From Bacilli bacterium (GTDB lineage Bacteria; Bacillota_I; Bacilli_A; RF39; UBA660), in contig JAFVEF010000033.1 of the NCBI GenBank assembly GCA_017478105.1, positions 1 through 54,077 of the forward strand: DNA of 54,077 nucleotides, written 5' to 3'. Below, piece by piece: positions 7,662-17,634 of the stretch. Below the pieces are notes generated by a model. That model saw nothing but the letters and a program-made list of their open reading frames with translations, ran no database searches and was not told where the DNA came from. Positions within the stretch are counted from its first letter, which is position 1, and each line of letters starts with the position of its first letter. Made by a program: the position numbers and the translations under genes.

Positions 7662-10600
7662 TTGTTATGTTTGATTTTATAAATGTAATATTGAAAAAAG
7701 ACATGGGTATATATAATTTAACCGATGAATTTTTTTGTTTGTATCTCGATAAAATAAATAAAACTACTGATAATAATATATTAGTTGTTGTTAATAGTAT
7801 TTATGAAGCAAATAAATTATATAATTCGTTAAATAATTATAATGATAATACTTTGCTTTTTCCAATGGATGATTTTTTAACTAGTGAAGCTCTAGCAAGT
7901 TCTCCTGATTTAAAGATTACTAGACTTGAAACATTAAACGCTATTAGTAAAGAAAAAAATAGAATTATTATTACTAATCTTATGGGTTATTTGCGATATC
8001 TTCCTACAAGAAGTAATTATAAAAAGTTTATATTGTCATTAAAAATAGGAGATTGTATTTCTCCTAAAAGTATTGTGGAAAAATTTATTTCAATGGGTTA
8101 TTATCGTGATACTATTGTTAATAAAACGGGAGAAATTGGTGTTAGAGGATTTGTTGTTGATATATTTCCTATTGATGAGGAATATCCTATTAGAATTGAG
8201 TTTTTTGATGATGAAATAGAGTCAATTAGGTATTTTGATCCTGAAACACAAAAGTCTATAAAGAAAATTGATAGTGTTGAAATATATCCTTTTTTTGAAT
8301 TTCTTACTGATAAAAAAGTTGATGAAGATTTTTTTGGTAAACAAAAATATTATTCTGAATATGAAGAGGTATGTAATATATCTCAATTTATTGGAAATTG
8401 TATTACTTTTTTTAAGGATTATGACCAATTAAAAGTTAGTTATTTAAGTATTCTTGAAGAAATAGTTGAATTTAAGAAGAATAAGGATATTAACTATAAT
8501 GGAGATTATATATTTCATTTTAATGAGCTTAATGAAGAGTTTCCAATTTATTATATGTCTTTAAATAATATGTCTTCTGCTAATTATATAAATGAAATGG
8601 TTGATTATGATGTTAAGACTATTAGTAATTTTCACGAAGATCCTGAACAGATTAATTCTTTTATCAGAAAACAAATAAAGAATAAAAAGACTGTTATTAT
8701 TTGTTTAAAAAGATATCAGATACGTAGTATTATGAAATATCTTAATATGAAGGTTGTGGAAACTGATATTAATAATATTCAAGAGGGTTGTGTCAATTTA
8801 GTTGAATATGGAATTGGTCAAGGTTTTTTTTATAATAATTATGTTGTTTTAACGGCTTTTGAATTATTTAATGTGAAAGAAAAGGTTAAAAAGTATAAAA
8901 CAAATTATAGATATTCTTCTTCTATTAATGATGTTAATAGTTTGAATGTAGGGGATTATGTTGTACATAGTATTCATGGAATTGGTGTTTATAATGGTAT
9001 TAAAACTTTATCTTTACATGATATTACTAAGGATTATTTAGAGATTTTATATCAAGGTACTGATAAAATATATATACCAGTTGAAAAAATAGATATTCTT
9101 AGTAAATATTCTAGTCGTGAAGGGGTAATGCCTAAAATTAGTAAATTAGGTGGTACTGAATGGCAAAAAACTAAGGCTAGAGTTAAATCTAAAGTTACTG
9201 ATATGGCAGAAAAATTATTAAATCTATATGCTATTAGGGAATCAAAATCAGGATTTGCTTTTTCAAAGGATTGTGATATGCTTATTGATTTTGAAAATGA
9301 TTTTCCATATGAGTTAACAGTTGACCAAAGAAAGGCAATTGAACAAATAAAGGGTGATATGGAATTAGCTACTCCTATGGATAGGTTATTATGTGGAGAT
9401 GTTGGTTTTGGAAAAACCGAAGTTGCTTTTGTAGCAGCATTTAAAGCGATGCTTGATTCAAAGCAAGTATTATTTTTGTGTCCAACTACTATTTTATCTA
9501 CTCAGCATTATGATAATGCATTAGAAAGATTTAAAAATTTTCCTGTTAATATTGCTTTACTTAATAGATTTACTTCTTCTAAAGAAAAGAATAAGATTCT
9601 TGAAGGATTAAAAGAAGGTACTATTGATATGGTTATTGGTACACATAGATTATTATCTGATGATGTTGTTTTAAAGGATTTAGGACTTTTAATTATTGAT
9701 GAAGAGCAAAGATTTGGAGTTGCTCATAAGGAAAAAATTAAAGCTTATAAAACAAACGTAGATGTTCTTACTTTGACTGCAACACCTATTCCTAGAACTT
9801 TGCAGATGTCACTTGTTGGTATTAGAAGTTTATCTTTAATTGAAACTCCTCCAATAAATCGATATCCTGTTCAAACATATGTTGTTGAGGAAAATAAACA
9901 AATATTAAAAGATGCTATATATAAAGAATTATCAAGAGATGGACAGGTATTTATTCTTTATAATAGAGTTCAATCTATTCATGAATATGCAAGTAGAATT
10001 AAGAATATTGCTCCTGATGCTACTATTGGTATTGCTCATGGACAAATGAATAAGAATGATTTGGAATCAACTTTATATGATTTTATTAATCATAAATATG
10101 ATATTTTATTGTGTACTACTATAATTGAAACTGGTATTGATATTCCTAATGTTAATACATTGATAATATTAGATGCTGATAGATTTGGTTTAAGTCAACT
10201 TTATCAGATAAGAGGAAGGGTTGGTAGAAGCGATAAAATAGCTTATGCTTATTTAATGTATCAACCGTTTAAGAATTTAACTGAAAATGCTGTTAAGAGG
10301 TTAAATGTTATTAAAGAGTTTACGGAGCTTGGTAGTGGTTTTTCAATAGCAACAAGAGATTTATCTATTAGAGGTGCAGGTGATATTTTAGGAAATGAGC
10401 AAGCAGGCTTTATAGATAGTGTTGGTGTTGATTTATATTTAAAAATGCTTGATTGGGAAATCAAAAGACTAAATAATGAAAAGGTGGAAGAAGATATTAC
10501 TGATGATAGTAGTAAACCTTTAGTTAATGTTACTACTCATATAAGTGATGATTATGTTTCTGATGATGATTTAAAAATTGAAATTCATAAAAAGATTAAT

Positions 10601-10975
10601 TCGATTTGTGATCAAAAATCTTTTGATAATGTTAAAAAGGAATTAGAGGATAGATTTGGTCAAATAAATGAGGATTTAATAATCTATATGTATGAAGAGT
10701 GGTTTGAAAAGTTAGCTAATAATCTACATATAAAGAATGTCAATCAAACTAAGAATTCAATAGAGTTAATATTCCCTTCTTCAGTTGTTTCTAAAATTGA
10801 TACTGAAGAGGTATTTATGGATGCTTTTAAGATTACAAATATGTTTAGATTTTTAAGTAGGGGTACCAATATGGTTATTGTTTTGGATATCGTTAAATTA
10901 GATAAACATCCTATTTATTATTTAGTGGAATTGTTAAAACAAATTTATGAAAAATTTGGAAATAGTATTGACTAA
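7658..10975 (+). CDS. mfd: Transcription-repair coupling factor
   Basis: CarD/TRCF domain (GDYVVHSIHGIGVY), helicase motifs GDVGFGKTEVA and DEEQRFGV, length 1105 aa, follows pth. Start is GTG 7658 or ATG 7667. Confidence 0.95.
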   Translation: MIVMFDFINVILKKDMGIYNLTDEFFCLYLDKINKTTDNNILVVVNSIYEANKLYNSLNNYNDNTLLFPMDDFLTSEALASSPDLKITRLETLNAISKEKNRIIITNLMGYLRYLPTRSNYKKFILSLKIGDCISPKSIVEKFISMGYYRDTIVNKTGEIGVRGFVVDIFPIDEEYPIRIEFFDDEIESIRYFDPETQKSIKKIDSVEIYPFFEFLTDKKVDEDFFGKQKYYSEYEEVCNISQFIGNCITFFKDYDQLKVSYLSILEEIVEFKKNKDINYNGDYIFHFNELNEEFPIYYMSLNNMSSANYINEMVDYDVKTISNFHEDPEQINSFIRKQIKNKKTVIICLKRYQIRSIMKYLNMKVVETDINNIQEGCVNLVEYGIGQGFFYNNYVVLTAFELFNVKEKVKKYKTNYRYSSSINDVNSLNVGDYVVHSIHGIGVYNGIKTLSLHDITKDYLEILYQGTDKIYIPVEKIDILSKYSSREGVMPKISKLGGTEWQKTKARVKSKVTDMAEKLLNLYAIRESKSGFAFSKDCDMLIDFENDFPYELTVDQRKAIEQIKGDMELATPMDRLLCGDVGFGKTEVAFVAAFKAMLDSKQVLFLCPTTILSTQHYDNALERFKNFPVNIALLNRFTSSKEKNKILEGLKEGTIDMVIGTHRLLSDDVVLKDLGLLIIDEEQRFGVAHKEKIKAYKTNVDVLTLTATPIPRTLQMSLVGIRSLSLIETPPINRYPVQTYVVEENKQILKDAIYKELSRDGQVFILYNRVQSIHEYASRIKNIAPDATIGIAHGQMNKNDLESTLYDFINHKYDILLCTTIIETGIDIPNVNTLIILDADRFGLSQLYQIRGRVGRSDKIAYAYLMYQPFKNLTENAVKRLNVIKEFTELGSGFSIATRDLSIRGAGDILGNEQAGFIDSVGVDLYLKMLDWEIKRLNNEKVEEDITDDSSKPLVNVTTHISDDYVSDDDLKIEIHKKINSICDQKSFDNVKKELEDRFGQINEDLIIYMYEEWFEKLANNLHIKNVNQTKNSIELIFPSSVVSKIDTEEVFMDAFKITNMFRFLSRGTNMVIVLDIVKLDKHPIYYLVELLKQIYEKFGNSID

Positions 10976-11019
10976 ATTTTTATGAATTGCTAAATTTAAT
11001 ATGCTAGGAGGTAATTTTA

Positions 11020-11667
11020 ATGGATAGTATTGAGGAGTTGAAAAAACAACATGTGGAAGGTTATAAAAATGCTATTATTGAAATAATAAAGAATAATACT
11101 AGAGTTTTAGTAGAAGAAGATATTTTGTCTTTAGTTAAAAAACCTCCATTAGATTCTATGGATCAAATTAAAATTAAATTTTTAGATTTAGCTAAAAAGA
11201 ATAAAATAGTTTTAATTACGAATAATTTAGATGAAATGATTGATCAATATAGAATAAATTTAGAAAAAAAGGTTTTATGTTTAAAGGACTATAGGATTGA
11301 ACAATTGTTAAAAAAAATAAATATTGATACTAGTAAATTTGATGATACTATAAAATTTTGTAAGAAAGATTTTACTATGATTGATAAATATATTAATAGT
11401 ATTATTAAGGATAGTATTAGTGAGTGTTTTAAATCTGATATTGAATCTAAGTTTGATTTATTATTTGGTGATATAGATGAAAGTATTAAAAATAAGTTTA
11501 TTAAGGAAATAACTAAGTATTTTAAAACTTCGTATAAAAAACAATTATTAGAGAATATAGATATTAAAGTACTTGTTAAAAATACTACTTTAATGAATGG
11601 AGTTAATGAGCAAAGTGATCGATATTTGTTTACTATAAATAATTCTAGATTATTTACTGATTATTAA
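11020..11667 (+). CDS. Hypothetical protein, Lys/Ile-rich and probably helical
   Basis: GGAGG RBS before the ATG and coding-like composition. No motif recognised. Confidence 0.5.
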   Translation: MDSIEELKKQHVEGYKNAIIEIIKNNTRVLVEEDILSLVKKPPLDSMDQIKIKFLDLAKKNKIVLITNNLDEMIDQYRINLEKKVLCLKDYRIEQLLKKINIDTSKFDDTIKFCKKDFTMIDKYINSIIKDSISECFKSDIESKFDLLFGDIDESIKNKFIKEITKYFKTSYKKQLLENIDIKVLVKNTTLMNGVNEQSDRYLFTINNSRLFTDY

Positions 11668-11709
11668 AAAAGTGTTGTTTTTATAAATATTGTTTGCTAT
11701 AATAGGCTC

Positions 11710-11932
11710 GTATTAAATGTTGTGATGAAGAGCGATATATTTATTGTATTTTAGAGAACTCTTGGTTGGTGAAAAAGAGTATATGATTGTATATTGTATG
11801 GCTTTTGAACTGTTATATCGATATGTAGGTATAAACGTAGATAGGCGTTAACTATTTAAGTGTATAATAATTATTATAAAATAAGGTGGAACCGCGGAAT
11901 TATTTTCGTCCTTATGATATAGTAATTTTTTT
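11710..11932 (+). promoter_or_regulatory. T-box leader, Met specifier, upstream of metG
   Basis: Extended -10 TGCTATAAT at 11695-11703. Stem I has AGAGA and GGUGAAA distal motifs. The specifier candidate is AUG followed by A (tatATGAtt). T-box sequence AAGGUGGAACCGCGG lies at about 11883-11897, followed by a hairpin and U-run before the RBS. Confidence 0.8.
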
Positions 11933-11946
11933 TTGGAGGGATGATT

Positions 11947-13485
11947 ATGGATAAAAAGAAGTATTATATTTCAACAGCAATTGCTTATACATCAGGTAAG
12001 CCACATATTGGGAATACTTATGAAATTGTTTTAGCTGATGCGATTGCTAGATTTAAAAGATTACTTGGATATGATGTTTATTTTCAAACTGGGACTGATG
12101 AGCATGGTGAAAAAATTGAATTAAAAGCTAAAGAAGCTGGAGTGAGTCCACAAGAATTTGTTGATTCTAAAGCTAGTGAAATAAAGAGAATTTGGGATAT
12201 TATGAATACTAGTTATGATAAGTTTGTTAGAACAACTGATAAACATCATGAAGAGGTAGTACAACATATTTTTAAGTATATGTTTGATAAGGGAGATATT
12301 TATCTAGGTAAATATGAAGGATGGTATTGTACTCCAGATGAAGCTTTTTGGACAGATACGCAGGTTGTTCAAAATGATGATGGAGAGTATGTGTGTCCTG
12401 AGTGTGGAAGAAAAGTTGAAAAAAAATCTGAAGAAGCTTATTTCTTTAAATTGAGTAAATATCAAAAACAATTAGAAGAATATATAGAATCACATCCTGA
12501 TTTTATTCAACCTGTTTCTAGAAAGAATGAAATGATTAATAATTTTATTAAGCCTGGATTACAAGATTTGTGTGTTTCTAGAACTTCTTTTAAATGGGGA
12601 ATACCAGTTGATTTTGATCCTAAACATGTTGTTTATGTATGGTTAGATGCTTTAACTAATTATATTACTAATATTGGTTATGATGTTTCTAATTGTACTG
12701 ATGAGTTTAAATATAAGTGGCCTTGTGATTTGCATTTAATTGGAAAAGATATTATCCGTTTTCATACTATTTATTGGCCTTGCTTTTTAATGAGTTTAGA
12801 TATTGAATTACCTAAAATGGTATTTGGTCATCCATGGTTAATAATGAGTGATGGAAAGATGAGTAAATCTGTTGGTAATGTAGTTTATGCAGATGACTTA
12901 GTAGAAGAATTTGGTGTAGATGCAGTTAGATATTATTTTTTACATGAAATACCATTTTCTAATGATGGAGTCTTTTCTCGCGAATTACTTATTGAACGTA
13001 TAAATAGTGATTTAGCTAATATATTAGGTAATTTAGTTCAAAGAACTATTTCTATGGGAAACAAATACTTTGAAGGTAAGATTTCTAATAAGAATGTGTC
13101 TGATGAATTAGATGTAGAGTTTTTAAATTCTATAAATGGTTTATATGATAAAGTATGCTCAAGAATGGATAAATTAGAAATAAGTGATGCTATTAGTGAA
13201 ATATTTAGTTTATTAAGAGCAAGTAATAAATATATAGATGAGACAACACCTTGGGTTTTAGCAAAAGATGAATCTAAATTAGATAGATTAGAGACTGTTT
13301 TATATAATTTATTGGAAGCTATTAGAGTTTCTGCTTTATTATTAAAGCCTTTCTTGCCTGATACTAGTGATAGTATAATGAAGCAATTAAATAATTCTAA
13401 TGATGTATTTAAATTTGTTTCAGATAATAATTATAATTTAAATAATCCAACTCCATTATTTATGAGAATTGATGTTAATAAGTAA
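11947..13485 (+). CDS. metG: Methionine--tRNA ligase (short form, no C-terminal tRNA-binding domain)
   Basis: HIGH-type KPHIGN, KMSKS, CPECG zinc knuckle. ATG 11947 is better spaced from GGAGG than the ORF-track ATG 11941. Confidence 0.93.
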   Translation: MDKKKYYISTAIAYTSGKPHIGNTYEIVLADAIARFKRLLGYDVYFQTGTDEHGEKIELKAKEAGVSPQEFVDSKASEIKRIWDIMNTSYDKFVRTTDKHHEEVVQHIFKYMFDKGDIYLGKYEGWYCTPDEAFWTDTQVVQNDDGEYVCPECGRKVEKKSEEAYFFKLSKYQKQLEEYIESHPDFIQPVSRKNEMINNFIKPGLQDLCVSRTSFKWGIPVDFDPKHVVYVWLDALTNYITNIGYDVSNCTDEFKYKWPCDLHLIGKDIIRFHTIYWPCFLMSLDIELPKMVFGHPWLIMSDGKMSKSVGNVVYADDLVEEFGVDAVRYYFLHEIPFSNDGVFSRELLIERINSDLANILGNLVQRTISMGNKYFEGKISNKNVSDELDVEFLNSINGLYDKVCSRMDKLEISDAISEIFSLLRASNKYIDETTPWVLAKDESKLDRLETVLYNLLEAIRVSALLLKPFLPDTSDSIMKQLNNSNDVFKFVSDNNYNLNNPTPLFMRIDVNK

Positions 13486-13511
13486 AAAGATACGTTTGTA
13501 TCTTTTTTTTC
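13486..13511 (+). terminator. Rho-independent terminator after metG
   Basis: aagatacGTTTgtatctt hairpin followed by a T-run of 8. Confidence 0.8.
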
Positions 13512-13545
13512 TTTATTATATAATTGTTATTGTGGTGATTATAAT

Positions 13546-14301
13546 ATGTTTATTGATACACATTGTCATTTATCTAAAGAGTATTATGATGATATAGATT
13601 TAGTTGTTGAAGAAAATAAAAAAACAGGAATTTCGAAAATGATTGTTTCTGGTTGTGATAAGGAATCAATTTTAGAATCCATGCTTTTTGCGAGTAAATA
13701 TAGTGATGTTTATTTAACTATAGGTTATCATCCAAGTGAAGCTGATGTTATATGTGAAAAAGATTTGATATTGCTTGAGAACCAGCTTAATAATGAAAAG
13801 GTTATTGGAATAGGTGAGATTGGTCTTGATTATCATTATGGTAAAGAAAATATGGAAAAGCAGAAAGAATTATTTAGATATCAATTAGATCTTGCGAGTA
13901 GAATATCTATGCCGGTTGTGATACATAGTCGTGATGCAACTTTAGATACAATTAATATTTTAAAAGAATATCCTAATGTTAAAGGTATTATTCATTGTTT
14001 TAGTGGTAGTTTAGAAACTGCTAATATTTATATATCTATGGGTTATAAACTTGGCATAGGTGGAGTTTTAACTTTTAAAAATAGTAATTTATTTAAAGTG
14101 GTGCAAGGTGTTGGTTTAGACAATATAGTTTTGGAAACGGATGCACCTTATTTAACACCTGAACCTTTTAGAGGAAAAACAAATTCTTCTAAATATATTT
14201 CTGTAATTGCTGATAGAGTTGCTGAGTTATTAAATGTAAGTGTTGAAGAAGTATCTGATATTACTACTAAAAATACTCTTGATTTGTTTGACTTGATTTA
14301 A
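13546..14301 (+). CDS. tatD: TatD family metal-dependent DNase/hydrolase
   Basis: FIDTHCHL start, IGEIGLDY, HSR and ETDAPYL motifs. metG-tatD order as in Bacillus metS-yabD. Confidence 0.9.
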   Translation: MFIDTHCHLSKEYYDDIDLVVEENKKTGISKMIVSGCDKESILESMLFASKYSDVYLTIGYHPSEADVICEKDLILLENQLNNEKVIGIGEIGLDYHYGKENMEKQKELFRYQLDLASRISMPVVIHSRDATLDTINILKEYPNVKGIIHCFSGSLETANIYISMGYKLGIGGVLTFKNSNLFKVVQGVGLDNIVLETDAPYLTPEPFRGKTNSSKYISVIADRVAELLNVSVEEVSDITTKNTLDLFDLI

Positions 14302-14352
14302 TAATTATGTTATGTTTAGTTTGATGATAGGGTGTTGGAGGATATTTGATCT

Positions 14353-14928
14353 ATGCGCTTAAATAAAAGGTATTTATATGTTTTTATACTGTTTATTTGT
14401 ATTTTTAGTGTTTTATTTATAGGCTTTTTAATAGAGAAGAAAAAGATGCATGATGATTCTAAAGATTATTTACAGATTAAATTTGAAAGTAATGATATTT
14501 TAAAAATAAGTAATAAGCTTCCTTTATCTGATAATCTTGGTAAGAATATTAAATATGATGATTCTTTGAATGGTAGTGTTGGTTATTTAGATTTTTCTAT
14601 TGTTAATAAGTCTTTAAAATCTAGAAAATACAATATTACTATAAATAAACATGCAGTTGATTCTAGAGAAATTAATGATAATTATATTAAAGTTTATTTG
14701 ACTGATATGGATGATAAACCATTAAAAGGTTTTTCTGATAATAGAGTTATTACTTATAATGAATTACATTTTTCAAAAAAGAATGTAGAAAATGTGGTTT
14801 TATTTAGTGATAGTGTTGAGAAACTTTCTAAAAAGAATTATAGATTGAGAGTATGGGTTTCTGATAGTTATGGTATATCTAAATTAGATGAGTCTATCAT
14901 TTTAGATGTTGGTATTGAAGGTATATAG
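14353..14928 (+). CDS. N-terminally anchored or secreted protein, paralog A of a SipW-linked pair
   Basis: N-terminal hydrophobic segment. Shares blocks with the next ORF (Y.DFS, I.VYL, NYRL+.W+SDS). Confidence 0.6.
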   Translation: MRLNKRYLYVFILFICIFSVLFIGFLIEKKKMHDDSKDYLQIKFESNDILKISNKLPLSDNLGKNIKYDDSLNGSVGYLDFSIVNKSLKSRKYNITINKHAVDSREINDNYIKVYLTDMDDKPLKGFSDNRVITYNELHFSKKNVENVVLFSDSVEKLSKKNYRLRVWVSDSYGISKLDESIILDVGIEGI

Positions 14929-14936
14929 GAGGAAAA

Positions 14937-15533
14937 ATGAATAAAGAGGTTAAACAATCAAATTGTTTTTGGTATTTAATAGTTGGGATTATATTTGTAA
15001 TGATCCTTGTTGTTTCAATAGGTTTTATTGCTTTTAGTAATAGGGAAGATGAAGTAATTGAAAAAAATAGTGATGGAGCAAAAGTATATTTGAATTATTC
15101 TAGTGATGTTCCAGGATTAAAGGTATCTAATATGTCTCCAACTTCTGATGAAGTTGCGATTACTGATTTAAAAGACGGAAGTTATTTTGATTTTTCTGTG
15201 GAAGTGGATATGCTTAAAGCAAAGGATTATGAATATGAGATTTCTGTTGTTAAAGATATTAATAATTCTTCTATTAGTGATGATGATATTAGAGTTTATC
15301 TTGAAAAAGAAGATAGTGGTTCTTATGTACAAGTATTTGAACCTAATAAGTATAGTGCTCTTAAGAAAAAAAGTGATTTAGGATCAGCTAAAGGTAGCAT
15401 GGTTTTATATACTGATAGTTGTAGTAAAGATTGTTCTAATAATTATAGATTAAAAATTTGGTTATCTGATTCAGCGACTACTACTATTGGTAGTTATGGA
15501 GTAGATGTTATGGTAAATGGAATTGCTAAATAG
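14937..15533 (+). CDS. N-terminally anchored or secreted protein, paralog B of a SipW-linked pair
   Basis: Same architecture and conserved blocks as 14353..14928. GGAGG RBS. Confidence 0.6.
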   Translation: MNKEVKQSNCFWYLIVGIIFVMILVVSIGFIAFSNREDEVIEKNSDGAKVYLNYSSDVPGLKVSNMSPTSDEVAITDLKDGSYFDFSVEVDMLKAKDYEYEISVVKDINNSSISDDDIRVYLEKEDSGSYVQVFEPNKYSALKKKSDLGSAKGSMVLYTDSCSKDCSNNYRLKIWLSDSATTTIGSYGVDVMVNGIAK

Positions 15534-15614
15534 TGTGTCAAGCAATTCTTTTTTTTTATAATTAATTTTTTATTTTTCTTTTTGTATTATATAATAATAA
15601 TGGTAGGAGAGTTG

Positions 15615-16187
15615 ATGAGTTTGAATAAATTATTATCATATTTTTACATATCAATAAAGTCATTACTTGTATCTTTTATTTGTTTAATGATTGTACTTCT
15701 ATCTTTTTTTGTTTATTATTTTGGAGATTTATTATTAAATCCTAGTAAAGTACCTGCATTTGGGGCTTATATAATTGTTTCTAAAAGTATGACTCCTACT
15801 ATAAATGTTGGAGATTGTGTTATCATTAAAAGAATGAATAATGATAATTATCGAATTGGTGATATTATTACTTATGATATGAGTGATTCTAATAATCCTA
15901 ATTTTTTAGTTACTCATAGGGTTGTTAATAAAAGGGTTATAGATAGTGGGGAATCTTTTTATACTACTCGTGGTGATAATAATAATTTAGTTGATACAAA
16001 ACAAATTAATACTAGTGATATATACGGTAAAGTTTTATTTAAAATACCTAAGCTTGGTTTATTATTTAGTTTTTTTAATAAACCATCTAATTTCTTTTTG
16101 TGGCTATTGATACCTACAATATTATTTTTAGTGTATGAATTATTTAGAATATTTAATACATTGTTGTATAAAAAGAAAACTTTTTAG
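15615..16187 (+). CDS. Signal peptidase I, SipW (archaeal/ER, S26B) type
   Basis: VSKSMTP (catalytic Ser), VTHRVV (His), TRGDNN, plus a C-terminal TM segment, all resembling B. subtilis SipW. Start taken at ATG after GGAGAG. The TTG at 15582 is doubtful. Confidence 0.8.
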   Translation: MSLNKLLSYFYISIKSLLVSFICLMIVLLSFFVYYFGDLLLNPSKVPAFGAYIIVSKSMTPTINVGDCVIIKRMNNDNYRIGDIITYDMSDSNNPNFLVTHRVVNKRVIDSGESFYTTRGDNNNLVDTKQINTSDIYGKVLFKIPKLGLLFSFFNKPSNFFLWLLIPTILFLVYELFRIFNTLLYKKKTF

Positions 16188-16243
16188 TTTTCTTCTTTCT
16201 TTATTTTGATTAGTGCTTTATAATAAATCTGATTGGTGATTAT

Positions 16244-17044
16244 ATGGAAAAATATGATGTTAAGTTTAAAAAAAAATTAGGACAGAATTTTTTAAAGAAT
16301 ACTAGTGTTGTTGATAGGATAGTTAATCAGGCTGATATTGATTCTAATTCTTTAGTTATTGAAGTTGGACCTGGTGGAGCAATTATGACTAGGGAGTTAG
16401 CTAAAAAGGCAAAAAATGTTTTGGCTTATGAAATTGATAATGATTTGGCAGATGAAATTCATAAGAGACTAGAAGGATATGATAATGTAGTTGTTTTATT
16501 TCAAGATTTTTTATTATCTGATATATCTAAGGATATAGCTAAGTTTGATTATGATAAACTTTTTTTTATTAGTAATGTTCCTTATTATATTACTACACCT
16601 ATCTTAATGAAGTTAATTAATTCAGGGTTATCATTTAATAAAATTGTTATGATGGTTCAAAAGGAAGTTGGAGATAGATTTTCTACAAAATGCGGGAGTA
16701 GAGATTATGGTTCTATAACAGTTCTTTTAAATTATTTTTATGATGTTCGTAGAGAGTTTGTTGTTTCGAGAAATAACTTCGTACCTGTTCCAAATGTTGA
16801 TAGTGTTGTAGTAACATTTACAGAGAAAAATAATAAGAAGACTGTGAAGAATTTTAGTTATTTTGATAAATTAGTTAGGGATTCTTTTAAATACAAGAGA
16901 AAAACTATTAAAAATAACTTGAAGAATTATGATTTAAATATAGTAAGCCAAGTCTTATCTAAATATGGTTATGATTTATCAGTTAGGGCAGAAATGTTAG
17001 ATGTAGATGTTTTTGTTGATTTAGCAAATGCATTAGGAAAATAG
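16244..17044 (+). CDS. rsmA: 16S rRNA (adenine1518/1519-N6)-dimethyltransferase
   Basis: KKLGQNFL, EVGPGGA, NVPYYITTPI. Confidence 0.93.
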   Translation: MEKYDVKFKKKLGQNFLKNTSVVDRIVNQADIDSNSLVIEVGPGGAIMTRELAKKAKNVLAYEIDNDLADEIHKRLEGYDNVVVLFQDFLLSDISKDIAKFDYDKLFFISNVPYYITTPILMKLINSGLSFNKIVMMVQKEVGDRFSTKCGSRDYGSITVLLNYFYDVRREFVVSRNNFVPVPNVDSVVVTFTEKNNKKTVKNFSYFDKLVRDSFKYKRKTIKNNLKNYDLNIVSQVLSKYGYDLSVRAEMLDVDVFVDLANALGK

Positions 17045-17077
17045 ATTTCTATTTTCTTTTTTTTTACATATATATTT

Positions 17078-17443
17078 ATGGGAGATGATTATTTGAACTT
17101 TAAAGAAGGAGATTTGGTTACTAGAATATCCCATAAACATGATATAGTTTTTAAAATAGAAAAAATAGAGGGAAATGTCGTTTATTTAAAAGGGGTTAAT
17201 GTTAGATTATTAGCTGATTCTTATCTTGATGATATAGTTATTTCTGATAATAATTCTTTGGATGATGAAGAAATAATTCAGAGAAGTGTTAAAAATCTAG
17301 ATATTGATAGGAATAATTATTTTTATATTCCTGGAAAAATTCTTCATATTGATACCGAGTTTCAATTAACTAACACCCTCGCAAACCCTTATAAAATAAG
17401 GAAAAAAGCAATTTTTGAAAATTGTAAAAATCATCAAAAATGA
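17078..17443 (+). pseudogene. yabG: 5' fragment (about 92 codons) of sporulation peptidase yabG, fused to an unrelated tail from the inserted element
   Basis: GDLVTRISHKHDIVFKIEKIEG...VRLLADS and FYIPGKILHID match my recollection of the B. subtilis YabG N-terminus (GDMVARKSY..DVLFRI...VRLIADS; MPGKVLHLDGD). Similarity stops after HID at about 17353. The gene sits after rsmA, as yabG sits after ksgA in Bacillus. Full-length YabG is about 290 aa. Confidence 0.7.
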
Positions 17444-17634
17444 CAAAAAAATGGCAATTTTTATAAAATGTACTACACTCAATTATAGGGGGCGACATAT
17501 CCTTAAGTAACTAAATGTGATATATTTTTTAACCAATAATACATAACAAGAATTGAAGATGATTCAGTTCTTTTTTTATGCCATACATAGCCATTATTTT
17601 TATGATGGCTAAATAGAAAGAAAGGAGGTAAGTT

